64,000 nt of DNA from the human T2T-CHM13v2.0 reference genome, Homo sapiens: NCBI RefSeq assembly GCF_009914755.1, contig NC_060931.1; one strand, given 5' to 3'. Shown in pieces: positions 14,201 to 33,120 of this stretch; within the stretch, counting starts at the first letter, position 1; the number at the start of each line of letters is the position of its first letter. A program made the position numbers and the translations under genes. The notes below the pieces were generated by a model, which worked only from the letters and a program-made list of their open reading frames with translations, made no database searches and was not told where the DNA came from.

Positions 14201-14489
14201 TATTTGTTTTTAAAGCTTCAGTGTACTTGATATGATAAAATAATGAACATCTACTCTTAAGCAGAGATGGATTTATTATGAAACTAAGGAAGCTTAAATT
14301 TCAGGGCCTCTTTCTCTTATGGGCCACTGGGTACTGGGAGTCACAGAGTTTCGTGTGTAGGGAGAGGAGAGAGGATACAGTCAGCATACAGTCAACAGTA
14401 TACATACATTTATATGTAAACACTTCTGGCATATTGTCTAAAGTGATGTCAGCAAAAATGAAAGACTAAATCTGAAAGATTCCACTCAT

Positions 14490-17150
<2,661 letters not shown>

Positions 17151-17949
17151 AAAGATACAAATATTTGGTTAAATGTTAATAAAAAGCAAGGGAACAATAA
17201 GTGAAAAATTTAAGCTTATTGGGGATGCTCAGGAATAGATTAAGGAAAATAAGCAACAGACTTCAGAGGTTATTACGATGGTACCCTTTGTTATTAAAAT
17301 GGGTAGGGAATACTCAGATATTTGTTGGGTTATTACCCTTTATAATTTCCAAATATTTTGTTGTATCCTACTATATATTCTCTTCTCAATAAAAATATTT
17401 TAACCAAGCATCAGATTTATTCTAATTATACATTTAGAACATTTCATGTTTTGTGTTCTAATCAAAATTGAAAGTGTGCCATATTAACAACAAATTCTAG
17501 TAATGATCTCAAGAATGTGCAATAATAAAAATATTTTAAGCATTATAAAATTAGGAATAGAAAGATATGTAAGCCTTTACACAGTCAAATTGCTGCTGTC
17601 CAAAGCTGTCACCCTAGAAAATACACACTACATCTCTCCCAATAGCAAATGGTATTTAACTGAGATTCCAGTATCTTGTTTAAAGCATTGAAGATTCCTC
17701 TTTTGGAAATGCCTCCTGAACCTGCAGGCACTCTTTGGAAGATTCTGAATGTTAATAGTCGTCATATTTTGAGGATAGATTTCATTTTATTCCAACAGCA
17801 ACAAGTTATTTGAAACTAAGTTTGATGGATGAGATAGGTGAGTTAGCTGTATGATAGACAATTGAGATGATGATATGTTTCATAAAACAGTTTCTCCAAG
17901 TAATTCCAAAGAATAATAGACTTTCAGGGTTAGCAAATAATCAAATTCA

Positions 17950-19140
<1,191 letters not shown>

Positions 19141-20196
19141 GAAAACTTCACTCTTCAAAGAAAGTAGTTTTTTTAATAGATTCTTTCTGATTTTGGATTA
19201 TTTGCTATTATCAATATTGATTCCTTTTTCCAGTTTTAAAATAATTATCCTAATTGAATTAAAACAATATTGGGCATAAATTCATATCCTTTATAGATCT
19301 AAAATTTTAACATTATTTTCTTTTCCTTTCAAGGTTAAAAAAAATGTTTAAAAACATCTAACACATATCTGCTTTTAAATACATACTTTAAACAATTCTG
19401 TCTTCCCTAAAACAATTTACATCTTTTATAATGTGAGTGCCCATCATTGCTACTTTTTTATTTTTCTTCTATTTCTTTATACCTATTTTTAGATGTTTAC
19501 CCTAAATAGAGGACAATGGCATATTTAGCAGAGAAAGAGATATGGAAGTGGAGAAGGGCAAGAGAAGCAGGAGTAGAGAGAGGGCAGGAAGCTATGGATT
19601 GCCCAAATCCCATGGTAGATCTTGGTTTATCAAATTGGACATGCAGAACAGAAAGCAGCCACCTTGTCACACCTATCACACAAGTTGGCCCTGAACAAAA
19701 CCCTGCTGTGTTACCATTTATTTCAGTTCACCCTAACCATAGCAATAAGACATCTTACTGAAACTCAATATTATCTCTAAAATTACTCCTTGCTTAGAAA
19801 CAAAGTAACTACCTATTCTCTCCAACATGAAATCCATTATCTTCAACCTAGATGTTGGGTTTCCCTACTCACCACCTCCCTGTCGTCCTTCATGCAAGGG
19901 TGTCCCTCATGAATCCACATATGTGGTCTTTCCACCAGGAAAAGTAATCGCTCATTTCTATGCCTTCGTAAGTATGAATCCTTCCACCTGAAATGGCTTT
20001 GTCCTTAGCTTCTAGGCATTCATATTGTTATCCTCCATCCCTCCTTCCTAATCAGAAAACAGAAACAAAAATAACCGCCATAAAAAGGACTACACTGAAT
20101 CTTCTCTGTGGTTTCCCATAATATAATCACCCCTCTCTGTTTACTGCTCTTTTCTACATCTTGCTTTTTGGTGAAAAGCAGAGAGAAGCCTAAGAC

Positions 20197-20468
20197 CAGT
20201 GGTCTGGTTTTTGAGAATCTGATCTAAATGGTACGGGTAGAAACTAGGCTTCAATATTTGGAAAACCTCCCTCGGTGATTCAAATGTGCAGCCAGGGCTA
20301 AAGCCACAGTGAGATCAACTCTTCTCAGTCCACTGTATAAGTCACCAGCCAAGCTTGGGAAATACCTTAATTATCATCCCCAGACCTACAAAATTAGAAG
20401 CTCTGAAGCCTAGACATTTGTATTGTGAAAATCTAGGTTCCTGGCAAACCCAGATTGAGAAATGCTGG
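20197..20468. mobile_element. MER5-like hAT-Charlie DNA transposon relics
   Basis: CTCCCTCGGTGATTCAAATGTGCAGCCAGGGCT and CCCCAGACCTAC..TAGAAGCTCTG..TTGAGAAATGCTG. Confidence 0.6.
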
Positions 20469-20849
20469 CCAAAACAATGTGTCAGTCTGATGGTGGAGCA
20501 GGGTGGAAAGTTATGAGACCCACTGCCCTCTCCCCTCCTATTTTGAAAGTCTCTTAAAGTCCAGAAACGTTGTTCCTTTTAGCCTCATCCAGACCACCAA
20601 TTGGGTATTAAATGGAGTCTTGTAGAATCACTATTAAAGTCCCAGCTTCACTTAGGGCAATACTATGGCATATGCCTAAAAGAATAAGCAAGTATGAGCA
20701 CACACAGCAGTGCCCTGTAGCATGCAAATGAACAAAGGGTGTGCAAAGCAACAGGGAAAAGCATGTATAACTCAGAAATACTCTGTGCTCCCTGATGACT
20801 AACCAGACAACCTTGATAGAAGCCCAAACCTATTATATTAGTGGTATTG

Positions 20850-21190
20850 TCTCAGAAAGGGAGTGAATTCTGCTTGTAAGAGAGAAGTAGGGAAGTCTTC
20901 ACAGAGGAGGAGTTCAGCCTGAGAAGAACTTTACCAGATAAACAATCAGGTTCAAAGTGTGCTGTCAAGAGGGGAAAGCAGAGCGAAGCCCCAGGGCTGT
21001 GACGGTGAATGCCTTGTGCTGGTTACAAAAAGTCACCCACTAGGGCCAGAATGTAAGGAGTAGGAAGGAAAGAAACAAGGCATGAAGGTGGATGGCTGAG
21101 AGCAAGAGTTTGAAGCTCTGAATGACCTAGGAAGGAGGTCACAGACAAAAGGGAATCACCCAATGCTTTTGTGTAAGAGATTGCATTCAC
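20850..21190 (-). mobile_element. L2 fragment
   Basis: GGGAAGTCTTCACAGAGGAGG.. purine-rich reverse L2 pattern. Confidence 0.4.
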
Positions 21191-22089
21191 AATCTGGTCT
21201 CTGCAAAATCTTTCTTATTCACGACTTTAATAGGAAATTCAATGTTATAGTTCTCTGGGAATCACGGAACATTCTTACAACTGTCTTATTGTAATTTTGC
21301 GACATCTTCAGACAATCTGAACGTTCATGAAAAGACTCATTGTCAGAATAAAAACTGCAAGAAAGGCCTTTAAATGACTGTAAAAATTTCCTAAGAAAGA
21401 GCTTGCTAACTATTCGAGCTCATGACCAATTCCCACAGGTATCTCCAACTGCTATCAAATTCTATTGCTGTAACAACCTGCCACTCACTTCTACTTTATA
21501 CCAGTGACCAGAAGACAGCCGGATCCAGAATAGGTTAACTCAAACATAAAGCCAGAGATGCCAGTGAAGGAAAACTCAGCAGGGAGGTAATGAAAAATGA
21601 AATCACTATTCTCTCAACGATCTTTAAAAGTAAACAATAATGTAGACTGCTGAACACATGCAGGGTGTGTTGAAAGACTGAAAGATAAACCAAGAGCAAA
21701 CATGTCATCACTGACCAAGAAAGGTTCTCTCCTCAAGTCCCAAATTTCATCTCCACTCCCACCTTCTGTGCAAAATACCTTCTGTCCGAATTCCCCAAGA
21801 TCAAGGTAGGCACCTCCTTTACCTCTCTCTGCTCCTATTTAAACATTTCACAGTACGATAGCTAGCCTATTCCTTTGCCTCTCCTTCTGTGAAAAACAAA
21901 TAACAACCAGCTCTACCTTCTGGCCTAAGAAAATTTTTCCACCCGTGTTTTTTACTCCATTCCTACCTGACTCTTACAGAACTTGATATCAACATCCTTT
22001 TACTCACCAGTAACCTTACTCTCTCCTTCCAGATGGGCTTTTATCTTTTCTTATGGAACTCATCCTATTCTACTTGTACTATATGGTAA

Positions 22090-22205
22090 ACTTGCTTTTC
22101 TGACCCTTCTGATTGGATTACAGAAGACAGAGACTCTGTCTTACTTTGGGCCACGAAGTGACCAGCACATAGAAGGTGGCCAATAGTACTGGTTAATGTG
22201 AATAA
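22090..22205 (+). mobile_element. L2 3' terminus
   Basis: GACAGAGACTCTGTCTTA..CAGCACATAGAAGGTGGCCAATA..TGAATAAA. Confidence 0.5.
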
Positions 22206-23284
22206 AACTGCATAAAGAAATGTTGCCCTGTACACAGGAAAATGTCAAAAGAGTGGCTTTCTTCAGTGTACTGGTTCAGAGCTGGTGGGATGTGGGAGGG
22301 CCCATTATTTAGTCGTGAGAAGAAATGGCACAGACACGCCTTTTTTGGCTCTCAAGAAGGAAAAGGAAGAGGAAAAATTGCATATTTTTTTTCTTTGTGA
22401 CTTACAAGAAATTAGAACTCTATTTAAAGTGAGTAATTGGCATTTTGGCTACAAGGAACAGTTCTCAGGAAAATGAAAAAAGAAATAAAATCTAAGAGTA
22501 AGTAAGCACATTGTAAGTGATATTAACATTTTAGAAGATGCTATGGAGCTTCTTGCAGGGCATAAACATATGTCTGTCTGTCCGTTTACAACTGAAAGCA
22601 GGTAGCACTCAGTAATGCCTACACTATATATTTTTATGTGTGTGTGTACATACTCATATAGAAATATTTTTATGTTGATTTTTATTTCTAATATTTGCAT
22701 ATTTGGAAATATTAAGTTGAATTGCCATAAAAATTAATGAAAAGAGGAATATTATGTGGGGGCGGGGAAGTGAGGCATGGAGAAGAAAAAGATTAAGTTC
22801 TAACAAGGGGTTGGAACAAGAGCATGCTTTACCTTCTCACAAAGGCTTCTTACGTAAAAAGCCAGTGCCTAATGGCTATTCCTGGGTAGAAAAACATCTC
22901 AGCACATGAATCGCACTGTTTCCACATACACAGCCTCTGATTGATTTAAACTTCCTTTTAGAATCCTTGTTGCAAATTACACAACCCACCCAGCGGAAGG
23001 AGCTATCATGAGACCTATTCTTTTCTACCAGGACAAGAGGAGTACTGCTCGGAGGTTGCTTTCTCAGAATGTGCTTAGAGTGCCGTCCCACCTAGAATGA
23101 GGAGTGATGACTCACCCAAATGGTGCTGCCCACTCACAGCATCTCAAGAGGATTAAAACAAAAACCAGCCGGGTGGGCTGGATGGCTTGTGAGCCTCCTG
23201 AGAACAACAGCAGTGAGCAACGGGGCATCCACTTTGTCGGACAGCATGTGGGAGGTTTCTTAAAAGCAAACCCTAGGCAGTAAT

Positions 23285-23420
23285 ATTATTGTTGTGGTTG
23301 TTATTGTTATTGGACCAGCTTTACGGATGAGGAGAATGACACCCAGGGAGGTTATGTAACTTGTCCCAAATTGTAAGTAAATAACAATGGGGCTGGGATT
23401 TGAACCCAAAGGTGGCCCCT
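23285..23420 (-). mobile_element. MIR fragment
   Basis: TTTACGGATGAGGAGAATGA..GAGGTTATGTAACTTGTCC..GGGCTGGGATTTGAACCCA. Confidence 0.7.
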
Positions 23421-25277
23421 TAGAGGAGAGATGCCCACCCTGCCAGGGGTGTAATGGGCATGCCAAACAGGGGAGGCTGAGAAGGGAACCGCAGCCAGGG
23501 AGAAAGAGGCACTATTACAAAAAAGGGAGAGGCAACGCCAAAGGCTTTTTCTGACTCAGGGCCACTCAAGCGCTTTCTCCTTGGATACGCAAGGCTCCAG
23601 ACACACAGCTCCAGGCTCAGTGGCACTGCCTCAAAAGAACAAGAGACTTGCTGTGGGCAGTCATTTGCTGGCACATGTGAAAAAGAAGCCTCTGAAATGT
23701 GGACAACATAAGAAAAGTCACAGTTCTGAGGGACTTGTCATCCTTGAGGTGAGCACAACAGTTGCCAGGATACACTAGCAGGTCTCTCAGTCCTGGGCAA
23801 CAAAGGAGAAGACGGCCTCCTCTCCAAGGCCCAGGTGACTCCTTAAGGGCAGAATCAGACTATGTGATGTAAGATTAAAGGCTGCCTGCCATTAGCAAAA
23901 CTCTTCCTGTTGGGGGACTTGTGGCCAATGTGATCACTGCAAAAAAGGAACAAACTTTTCAGTATGATGGACTTCTGTGTAAAATATACAAGGGGCACGG
24001 TCTTTCACGCCATCGATATTTTGGTCAGCAGAAGGATCTAGGTCTTGGCACATAATATTTTAATGTCTTGGAGAACTAGATTTTCTGTATCCACTGATTA
24101 TCTCATACCCACCTTTAATAGATGACTCTGAAATGTAAACAGGGTATAAAGCTGGAGTTCATGTCGAACGTGTCCTAAAATGTTTCACAGTCTACCTAGG
24201 AGTCTCTGAAGTCAAACATTCTCTGTGTCTGAGGTGTATGCTGCCAGAATCCCTTGATGGAATTACAGCCACAAAGGGCAGTGAGGGGCATGTTCTGCTT
24301 CAAGTCCCCTCCACAGCAGGAATCTTTGCAGCAGCCAAGAATTAGTTGCAACTGTCTCAACTTTTTTAGGAATATCTTTTAAAACCAGATGATTTTCTCG
24401 GTTAGCCTTGCCGCATTTGGTCAACAGATCAGAGAATTTAGAAGTAATATATCTCCACGTCCCCCTGGAACACAAACCTATCATTTTCTAGGCAGAATCA
24501 TCAGAGTTTTCCAGCAGAGTTTTGCTCCTCCATAGGCCCCCAAGCAGAATGATATTGAAGAAGGGATTCACAAATGAAGTACTCGACGGGATTCATCTGA
24601 GGCTGGTTGGGAAGGCAGTGTCACTCTTCAGCACCACGCTGCCCAAACTTTATTGCTATCAGAATCACCTGGGTGCTTGCAAATCACAAAGATATATACG
24701 TATTATACTTTCAATAGTTTGAGTTACTGGTTTACTACAGATGGGACAGGAGTAAGGAGAAATAAGTACTCTCTAGCTGGAATTTACCTTTACTTTGTCA
24801 TTTCTGTTACTCAGGCCTTTTTTTTTAAGGTTTTCTGCCATCCACGTAATGCCAATAGTAAATTTTACCACTGCAACTATAAACTAATTCCAATTCTAAA
24901 TTCACCTAAAATCCAAGGAAGTTCTGAATAAAAAAAGACAGTAACCTGGTCCTGAAACATTTTCATGGCTGCACAGATAAGTGAGGGCTGGTGAAGCCTG
25001 ACCCCTCTCAAAACAGCATGATTACGTGCAGGATAAGAATCTAAAGAAGGCTAGAATGGCAAACTTGATCTAATATTCTGGTCCCGCCTCACTGTATTCT
25101 TCTTGCTTATAGTGTGCATTCATTTTGCAGACGATTCTCACATGCCCTGGTGAACACAGCAGATCCTTTAAGTTACACTAGAGCTGTAATACTTGCCTGC
25201 CAGACACTGAGGTCCCCATACTTCATGAGCAACTAATATTATAACTAGAAGTGCAATCTAAAATTCATCAACTTTAA

Positions 25278-25609
<332 letters not shown>

Positions 25610-25859
25610 GAAAAAGTCTTGAGTCCTTATAATAATTTGCCAGGTGGGATTTTTGGTAATATCCCCCATACACTATTTCAAAGCCCCATATTTATTACCT
25701 TCATATTTAATTTTGCCCTGGGATTTATTATTATGGCTTAAATTTTTATTGTTTCAGAAGTGTTTCAATGGAAAGGTAATTATAAATTAGTATCACGCTT
25801 CCTTTATTCCTATTTGGTTAATCACTTAATTGTCACTGCATTATCAAGTCTCCATGATG

Positions 25860-26400
25860 TATTTTTAACATATTATTATTTTAACAGGTAATGCATACAA
25901 ATTTAAAAATGAGACAAGACAAAAAAGCTTTTTTACTATCGTCTCCTAATCCTCTACCCTAGAGGCAGCCCTGTTACAAAATTTTATGTATCTTTCCAGA
26001 ACTATGTTACGTGTTTACAAGTGTAAATATGTGTGTGTATGAATAGACTTACATAAAACAAATCATAGGATACCTTTTTGCATAACAACCTATCTTGGCA
26101 ACCATTACCAGTCCATAAAGACTCACATCCTACTTTTTAACTGCTGTATTATATCCCATGGTTTGGACATCCTGTAATTCGGGAATTAATTTATCAGTTG
26201 TGCAAATTCAGGGAGGCCTCCACATTGTATTCTGTGTGAATGGCAGATCCTGGAGTTGTGCAAGGCCCTACACCACATTGTTTCTAATCCTACTACAAAC
26301 AATCCTACAATGAATGTCTTTCTGTATAAAGGCTTGTGTGTCTGTACTAGTAACTAGTCTATCTGTAGAATAAAATCCTAGAAGAGAATTGATCAACTAA
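25860..26400 (-). mobile_element. L1ME-like 3' region
   Basis: CCCTAGAGGCAGCCCTGTT..TTTTAACTGCTGTATTATATCCCAT..ACAAACAATCCTACAATGAAT..CCTAGAAGAGAATTG. Confidence 0.6.
26195..26270. mobile_element. MER91-like palindromic hAT-Tip100 MITE
   Basis: CAGTTGTGCAAATTCAGGGAGGC..CACATTGTATTCTGTGTGAATGGC..CCTGGAGTTGTGCAA. Confidence 0.55.
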
Positions 26401-26414
26401 TTGGTCCCTATAAA

Positions 26415-27000
26415 TAACATCTTCTACCTGCCATCCTAAGCCAGAGATCTGGGAGTCATCCTCAATTTCTGTACACCTCCCACTTCTTCACCCCAAGTCA
26501 CAAGGCCTGTTGATTTTACCTCAAACCTATACTATCTCTCCACTGCCTCTACCAATACCCTAGACCAGGTCATCATTACCCCTTTCTTGGACTATTGTGA
26601 GACCTTCCTAACGGTCTCCCTGCCCTCCACCTGCTTGCTTTCCAGCCCATCCTCTCATCCTCTACAGGGTCACCAATGTGACTGCTTAAAAAAGTAAATC
26701 TGTACACCTAACATTTTTGCTTAAAACCATTTAATGTTTCCCTTTGCCTAAGGTAAGTCCAAACTCAGCACAGCCTACCAGGCCTATACAATCTGGCCAT
26801 TGCTTAATAACCAGGTTCAGCTCTTACCCTCTTATATGCCCAGTCTGTGCCCTGGTTACACTAAACCTGTCATGTCTTTCATGGAACTGGCAATGATCTG
26901 GCCCTTGGCACACATGGTTCCATTTGCCCAGAATGCTAACTTCTGCCTAATTCCAATCCTCCATCAAGCCAGCTAATACTCCATCCTCAGTCCTCAGCTT
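26415..27000 (+). mobile_element. L2 fragment (appears to resume near 28200)
   Basis: AAGCCAGAGATCTGGGAGTCATCCT..CTTGGACTATTG..CCTTCCTAACGGTCTCCCTGC..AAGTCCAAACTC; resumes as CCTCCTCAGGGAGGCCTTC. Confidence 0.7.
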
Positions 27001-27002
27001 AG

Positions 27003-27954
<952 letters not shown>

Positions 27955-27956
<2 letters not shown>

Positions 27957-28196
27957 GTATAGCATAGTGAGTGGTGAAGTGCACAGGCTCTGGAAACAGA
28001 CTACCATTTATTAGTTACCTATCCTGAGATAAATGAATCTACTTCTCTGTGCCTTATTTTCCCCATCTGTAAAATGGGACTAATTATATTATCAACCTCA
28101 TAGATTTGTTGTGAGGATTAAATCAGTTAGAGTTCATAAAGCAGTAGATGGCTCATAGTAAGTGCTCAGAACCTGTTAGGTATGATGATGATGATG
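27955..28196 (+). mobile_element. MIR, whose 5' end is the RPL6 retrocopy target site
   Basis: GTATAGCATAGTG..GCACAGGCTCTGG..CATCTGTAAAATGGG..ACCTCATAGATTTGTTGTGAGGATTAAAT..CATAGTAAGTGCTCA. Confidence 0.8.
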
Positions 28197-28509
28197 AAGT
28201 ACCCTCCTCAGGGAGGCCTTCATGGAACCCTTAGACAAGGTTAGGTTCCTTTGCCATAGTAACTCTGTGTAATGAATGGGTCTAAAGGGTAGCTGAAGAT
28301 GTACTGGTGATTAAAGCACTAAAGTGACTTTATTCATTCATTTGGTCATTCACTAATTTACCCAACACATTTATATGTGCAAACTCTGCTCCAGGCGCCA
28401 TGCTAGACACTTGTGAGAACTGGGCAGACTCACTGTTGTTTCCAAGGCTGTCAAAATAAAAAGCCACGCAAATCAAAAACCAATTCCCTTGGTTACTGAC
28501 GTTGCTATT

Positions 28510-28749
28510 CAGTCAGCTAGTATTTATGGAGCTAATAGTTACGCCTCATGTGCAGGAAGTCTTCTGGATGGTGGGCATAAAACAAAAAAGCCCAACAATG
28601 CCCCCGCTTGAGATAGCTTACTGCCTGGGAGACGAGTCAAACAACAAACAAATACACTCTTAGTATACAGTGAAATCATGACAGCAGTGATGAAGAACAA
28701 GATCAAGAGTAGGGCAAGGGATGCTGATTTTGATAAGGTATCATGATAT

Positions 28750-28780
<31 letters not shown>

Positions 28781-30070
28781 GAGACAGAGTCTTTCTCTGT
28801 CACCCAGGCTGGAGTACAATGGTGCAATCTTGGCTCACTGCAAACTCCGCCTCCTGGGCTCAAGTGATTCCCCTGCCTCAGCCTCCTGAGTAGCTGGGAT
28901 TACAGGCACATATCACCATATCCAGCTAATTTTTTGTGTTTTAGTAGAGACGGGGTTTCACCATGTTGGCCAGGATAGTCTCGATCTCCTGACCTTGTGA
29001 TCCGCCCACCTCGGCCTCCCAAAGTGCTGGGATTATAGGGGTGAGCCACTGCACCTGGCCCATGATTTCCTTTTGATAAGGTATCATGACATCCTCTGAG
29101 CAGACCCCTACATTAGGTAAGAGAGAGAGAGAGAGAGACAGTCAATTGAATATTTGGTAGAAGAACATTCCAGACAAAGGTAACTTGAAATGCAAAGTCC
29201 CTTAGATTTTTAGCTTGTTCAGGTAACAGCCAGAAAGTGGGTGAGGTTGGACCTCAGCAAGCGAGGGAGGAGGTGACAGGAGATAAGGCTGGAGAGGCAT
29301 CTGGGGCCAGAGGCATTTATAGGCCATGGTGAGGACCTTGGATTTTCTAAGGGCAAAAAGAAACCAACATAAGTTTTTGAGCCAGGAAATGATATGAACA
29401 TCTTTATGTTTTCAAGGGTCACATTCGCTGGTATGTGGAGAACATATCTGAATTAGTTTGAAAGGGGAGGGGTATAACTAGAGAAATCATTTAACAAGCT
29501 ACTACAACAGTCCAGAAAGTGATGGCTTGGATTGGAGTGGTAACTGTGCTGGTGGTAAGAAGTGGTAAGATTCGAGGTATATCTTGAAAGCAGAGCCACT
29601 TGCTAATGGATTACTATTAATGAACTAATGATGAATTGTTGGTAAAAAAGAAAAGCCAAGGATGACTCAAGGTCCCAGGACAAATGGTGGTACATTTACT
29701 GAGATGGGGACATTGACAGAGGACCAAGTGTTTGGGATGTGATTGGAATTAGGCAGATGTGGTTTTGAACAAATTGAGTTTAAGATGCCTACAAGACTTC
29801 TAAGCAGAGATGTCAAGTAGGAGGTGTGGAGTGCAGGGGAGGCAAGCACTAGAGATGTACATTTGAACATCTGCAGCATATAAATGGTATATAAAGTTAC
29901 AGGAACAGATGAAAGCCAAGTAGGGAGTAGCTGGGAATAAAGAAGAAAAGAAATGCTATACTCATACTGCACCCAGGGGCTCTCCAACAATTAGAAGTTG
30001 AGAAGGTAAGATCGTTTCTAGCAAAAAGACTAAAAAGAAGCAGCCAGTGATGGAGGAGGAAAAGCAGAGG
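28510..30070 (-). mobile_element. L2 (long fragment, interrupted by an Alu)
   Basis: TAGGCCATGGTGAGGACCTTGGATTTT, GTCAAGTAGG..GGAG, GCATATAAATGGTAT..AAAG reverse-strand L2 motifs. Confidence 0.75.
28753..29060 (-). mobile_element. AluS (Sc/Sg-like)
   Basis: Poly-T plus full reverse Alu; TSD-like CATGAT(A/T)TCC..TTTT. Confidence 0.95.
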
Positions 30071-31129
30071 AGAAAAGGGCAAAGCTCTTTATACAGAGGT
30101 GAGAAGGGGATGAGGTGGGGAGGGCGAGAAGGTTTGAAAAGGATTCCCTGAGGAACTCATCCCAGGTATTCTGTGGGTATTATCCCCCTTCTGCTCTTTA
30201 ATACCACTCCCTCCCAAAGCCTGTGATTTCTCTTTCATACCTACTTCTTATGCTTCTTTCCTCCCTGCATTTTGAGTATCAAAATGTTGTCAACCTACGG
30301 GAGAAGTGATAAATCAGTGGAATCATCTGTAGCTTCAGAAGTCTACAGCTGAAGACATTTGAAATATATTCTTCTGGGCAGAGATACACCTGGGACCGCC
30401 TTGACAAAGGGTCAAAATAACCAGATTTTGCCTGGTCCAATCAACCTTCCCCCAATTCATTACATTTTTATGCCTCTACCATTCTCCCTTTGGTTTTCCT
30501 TATTATACCACTATGTCCCTGAGGTGACCTGGAGACATCACAAGACGATAAAGCCTTGGGGCTTGCTGGGAAATGTCCTCTCAGCATGAAAAAGAGAAGC
30601 TAGCAGAGGCATTTCTATTTCAAATCACTTTAAAAAAAGGTAGCTTGTTTTCTTTAAAAAAAAAAAAGGTTGTGATATTTTTCTCATTATAAAATGCAAA
30701 TAGATTTAATTAACCTTAGAAAACTACAAGTGGTGGGAAACCCAGGTGACTTTCCATTCTTTTCCTGTACCTTTGTTTTCTGACTTCTAATAGTCGTCTG
30801 TATTTCCCTTTCAAGCATAGATTTCCATGTAAATGAAACCGAAAGAGACCAAATTGGGAGTTTTACATTTCTCTCCTAGCCTAACTCTCTTCTTCTCTTT
30901 AAATCTACTGACTGATTTTTATTAGACCCAACGTGATTTCTTTCGTTTTCTTTTTGGATATTTTCAGATACATCAGCTCCTATTTTTATAGCTGTCATAT
31001 AGTACAGTATCTAAAATTAGTTATTAAATAGAATACTCAAAGCTCATCAAATGTCAGCTATTTTAACATGCCTTGTCTGGGGACCAAGAGACTCTTTTAA
31101 ACCCCAACTCCTATCTCCCACTGCCTGCT

Positions 31130-31480
31130 CTATATCTCACCCTGAAGATCCTTTATAACTACCATGCACCAAACTGAACTTTTGGTCCTTCTCCCCTCTC
31201 AGGCAATGGTCCTTTTCTCACTTCAGTTGCTAGGGATCTTCCTTTCAGACTTCATCACTCTCAACCTCCACAATCAATGATGAATGAATGCAGTCAATTC
31301 TCTCTCTCCCATATGTCTTGAAGCTCTCCATTCACTGCATCCCCTCTGCCCCACAGGCCAATCTGAGCCATGTCCACATAGATTGCTGCAAATGCTTCTG
31401 ATCGATTTCTCCTGTCCTCCACTTTTCCCTTCCAATCCAAGTCCAATTCCAAAATATTTTTCTCATGGTCACTATTCTGA
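31130..31480 (+). mobile_element. L2 fragment
   Basis: CCAAACTGAACT..CCACAATCAAT..CCCCTCTGCC..CTTCCAATCCA pyrimidine-rich L2 pattern. Confidence 0.45.
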
Positions 31481-32759
31481 GAAAATCAGGTAAGATAATT
31501 CCGTAGTTACCAAAAACAACTCTGTTAGACCGAAATTATTAACCAAAATATAATGGTACTGGATCATGATGTTTGTTGTTAAAAAGATCTGAGAATTTCA
31601 AAATTTGAGCAAAATGCAGATTCTAATTTAATAAATCACACATTCTATGATCATGAGCTTTCTTCTTCTGGAACTACAAGTTCTTCCACGGAGTGATCAA
31701 GGATTCTCCTATGAAGCAAAATCACAAACAACCCTGGTTTCATGGAGACGTCAGCCAAGAATGAGCTAAGAATTCCTAAAACGTTGTCCCTTCAAAAAAT
31801 ATCTTTAGGGTTCAAAGATTTTTAGCTATATTACTATTGATCTCTGCTATTGATTATACAGATTTGTGAAAGATTATGATATATCACTTCTTCTGTTTTA
31901 ATTTCCTCAAGAGAATCTTCTCTTAAGCATACTGGTAAAACTTTTATGACTTTATGGCTTCCTAGTATCAACTCACTACTATGTTATTGCAGGTCTAATG
32001 TAAACTCAGATAAAATAGTTCTTATATGGATCTATTTTCTTTATCAAAACATCTATTTGTGTATATTGTATGTTAAGGATGCCGTTGTTTTCAAGATCTG
32101 CAAAAGAAAAAAAAATGTTTTCTCATGAAAAGAAGATTTTTAGCTCCCAAAGCCACTTCCTAATGTTATTTCCATGGAAATAAGTATTTTTTTCCTTAAC
32201 AGAGATGGTATGAATAATCAGATATCTAAAGTAATACAAAAGGGAGGAAAGGGGACAGGAATTACCAGCCAATCTTTCCTAAATAAACAGGGAACTTGGA
32301 GACTGTGACCCCATCTAGGAGAAAAGCAGATGTTCAATAAGTAAATATTTCATCTTATTTTCATTTCTAAATATGTAATATGACAACAACACAAGAAAGT
32401 TATCATCAAAAAGAAAAAGATTTTTGAGCAAAGCCACTCAATTAGGCAATACTCACAGAGCCCCAGCTTACTCCTTTTGCCCTTCTGCAAAGCTTCTCCT
32501 TGCCCATAATTTTATCACCCATCGTCAAGAACAGAGAACATTCTGATCAAATGCAAAAGAGAGGAATATTTGGACAAAAACTAATTTTTCTCCATCCCCT
32601 CTGTAGGGCTCTATTTACATAATGACAAGAGCAGATGAAAGAAGTAGGGGAAGAACCCGAATGACTAAAATCAGAATGTTTACAAATTTGTGAACTTCTC
32701 AAACTGTTCATCAAACATTCAAATGACTACATTTTTTCTTAAGTTTTTCTCCCAGATGT

Positions 32760-33120
32760 TCACCATCACATCAAGAGCCTTGAGCCTTAGGAATAAAATA
32801 ATTTGAAACCATGAGAAAAACTCCATGTAATTTTTCATAGCAGAAGCTTAAAACAGACCATTTTGCTTGTGGTCCGAATTAAGAATCTAAGAAATTTTGC
32901 TATGATTAAGCTCTTCTTTATCAACTTCTTTCAAGATCTTCAAGACAAATAATCCATCGGAGCAGAATTAAAAACAAAGAAAGTGGAACCAGCTTGGAGA
33001 CAATCATCACAAGACTACCTATAATTGTGTGAACAAAATTTAGTGAATAAAAAATTTACAGAAGTTTGGAGTGAGAAACAAAGAAAAAAATGTTGAAATG
33101 ACAAAATTCTAAAAATTGTC
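32760..33120 (+). mobile_element. Possible hAT-Charlie transposase C-terminal relic
   Basis: Degenerate coding-like run ..GCTATGATTAAGCTCTTC..TCAACTTC..AATTAAAAACAAAGAAA.. reminiscent of the hAT dimerisation domain; weak. Confidence 0.25.

Noticed and set aside
22825-22920. Minus-strand splice donor (AG/GTAAAG) with a short upstream ATG frame
   Set aside because: The frame stops before the donor and no protein is recognisable; donor-like motifs are common. A similar candidate at ~3279-3347 was dropped for lack of support.
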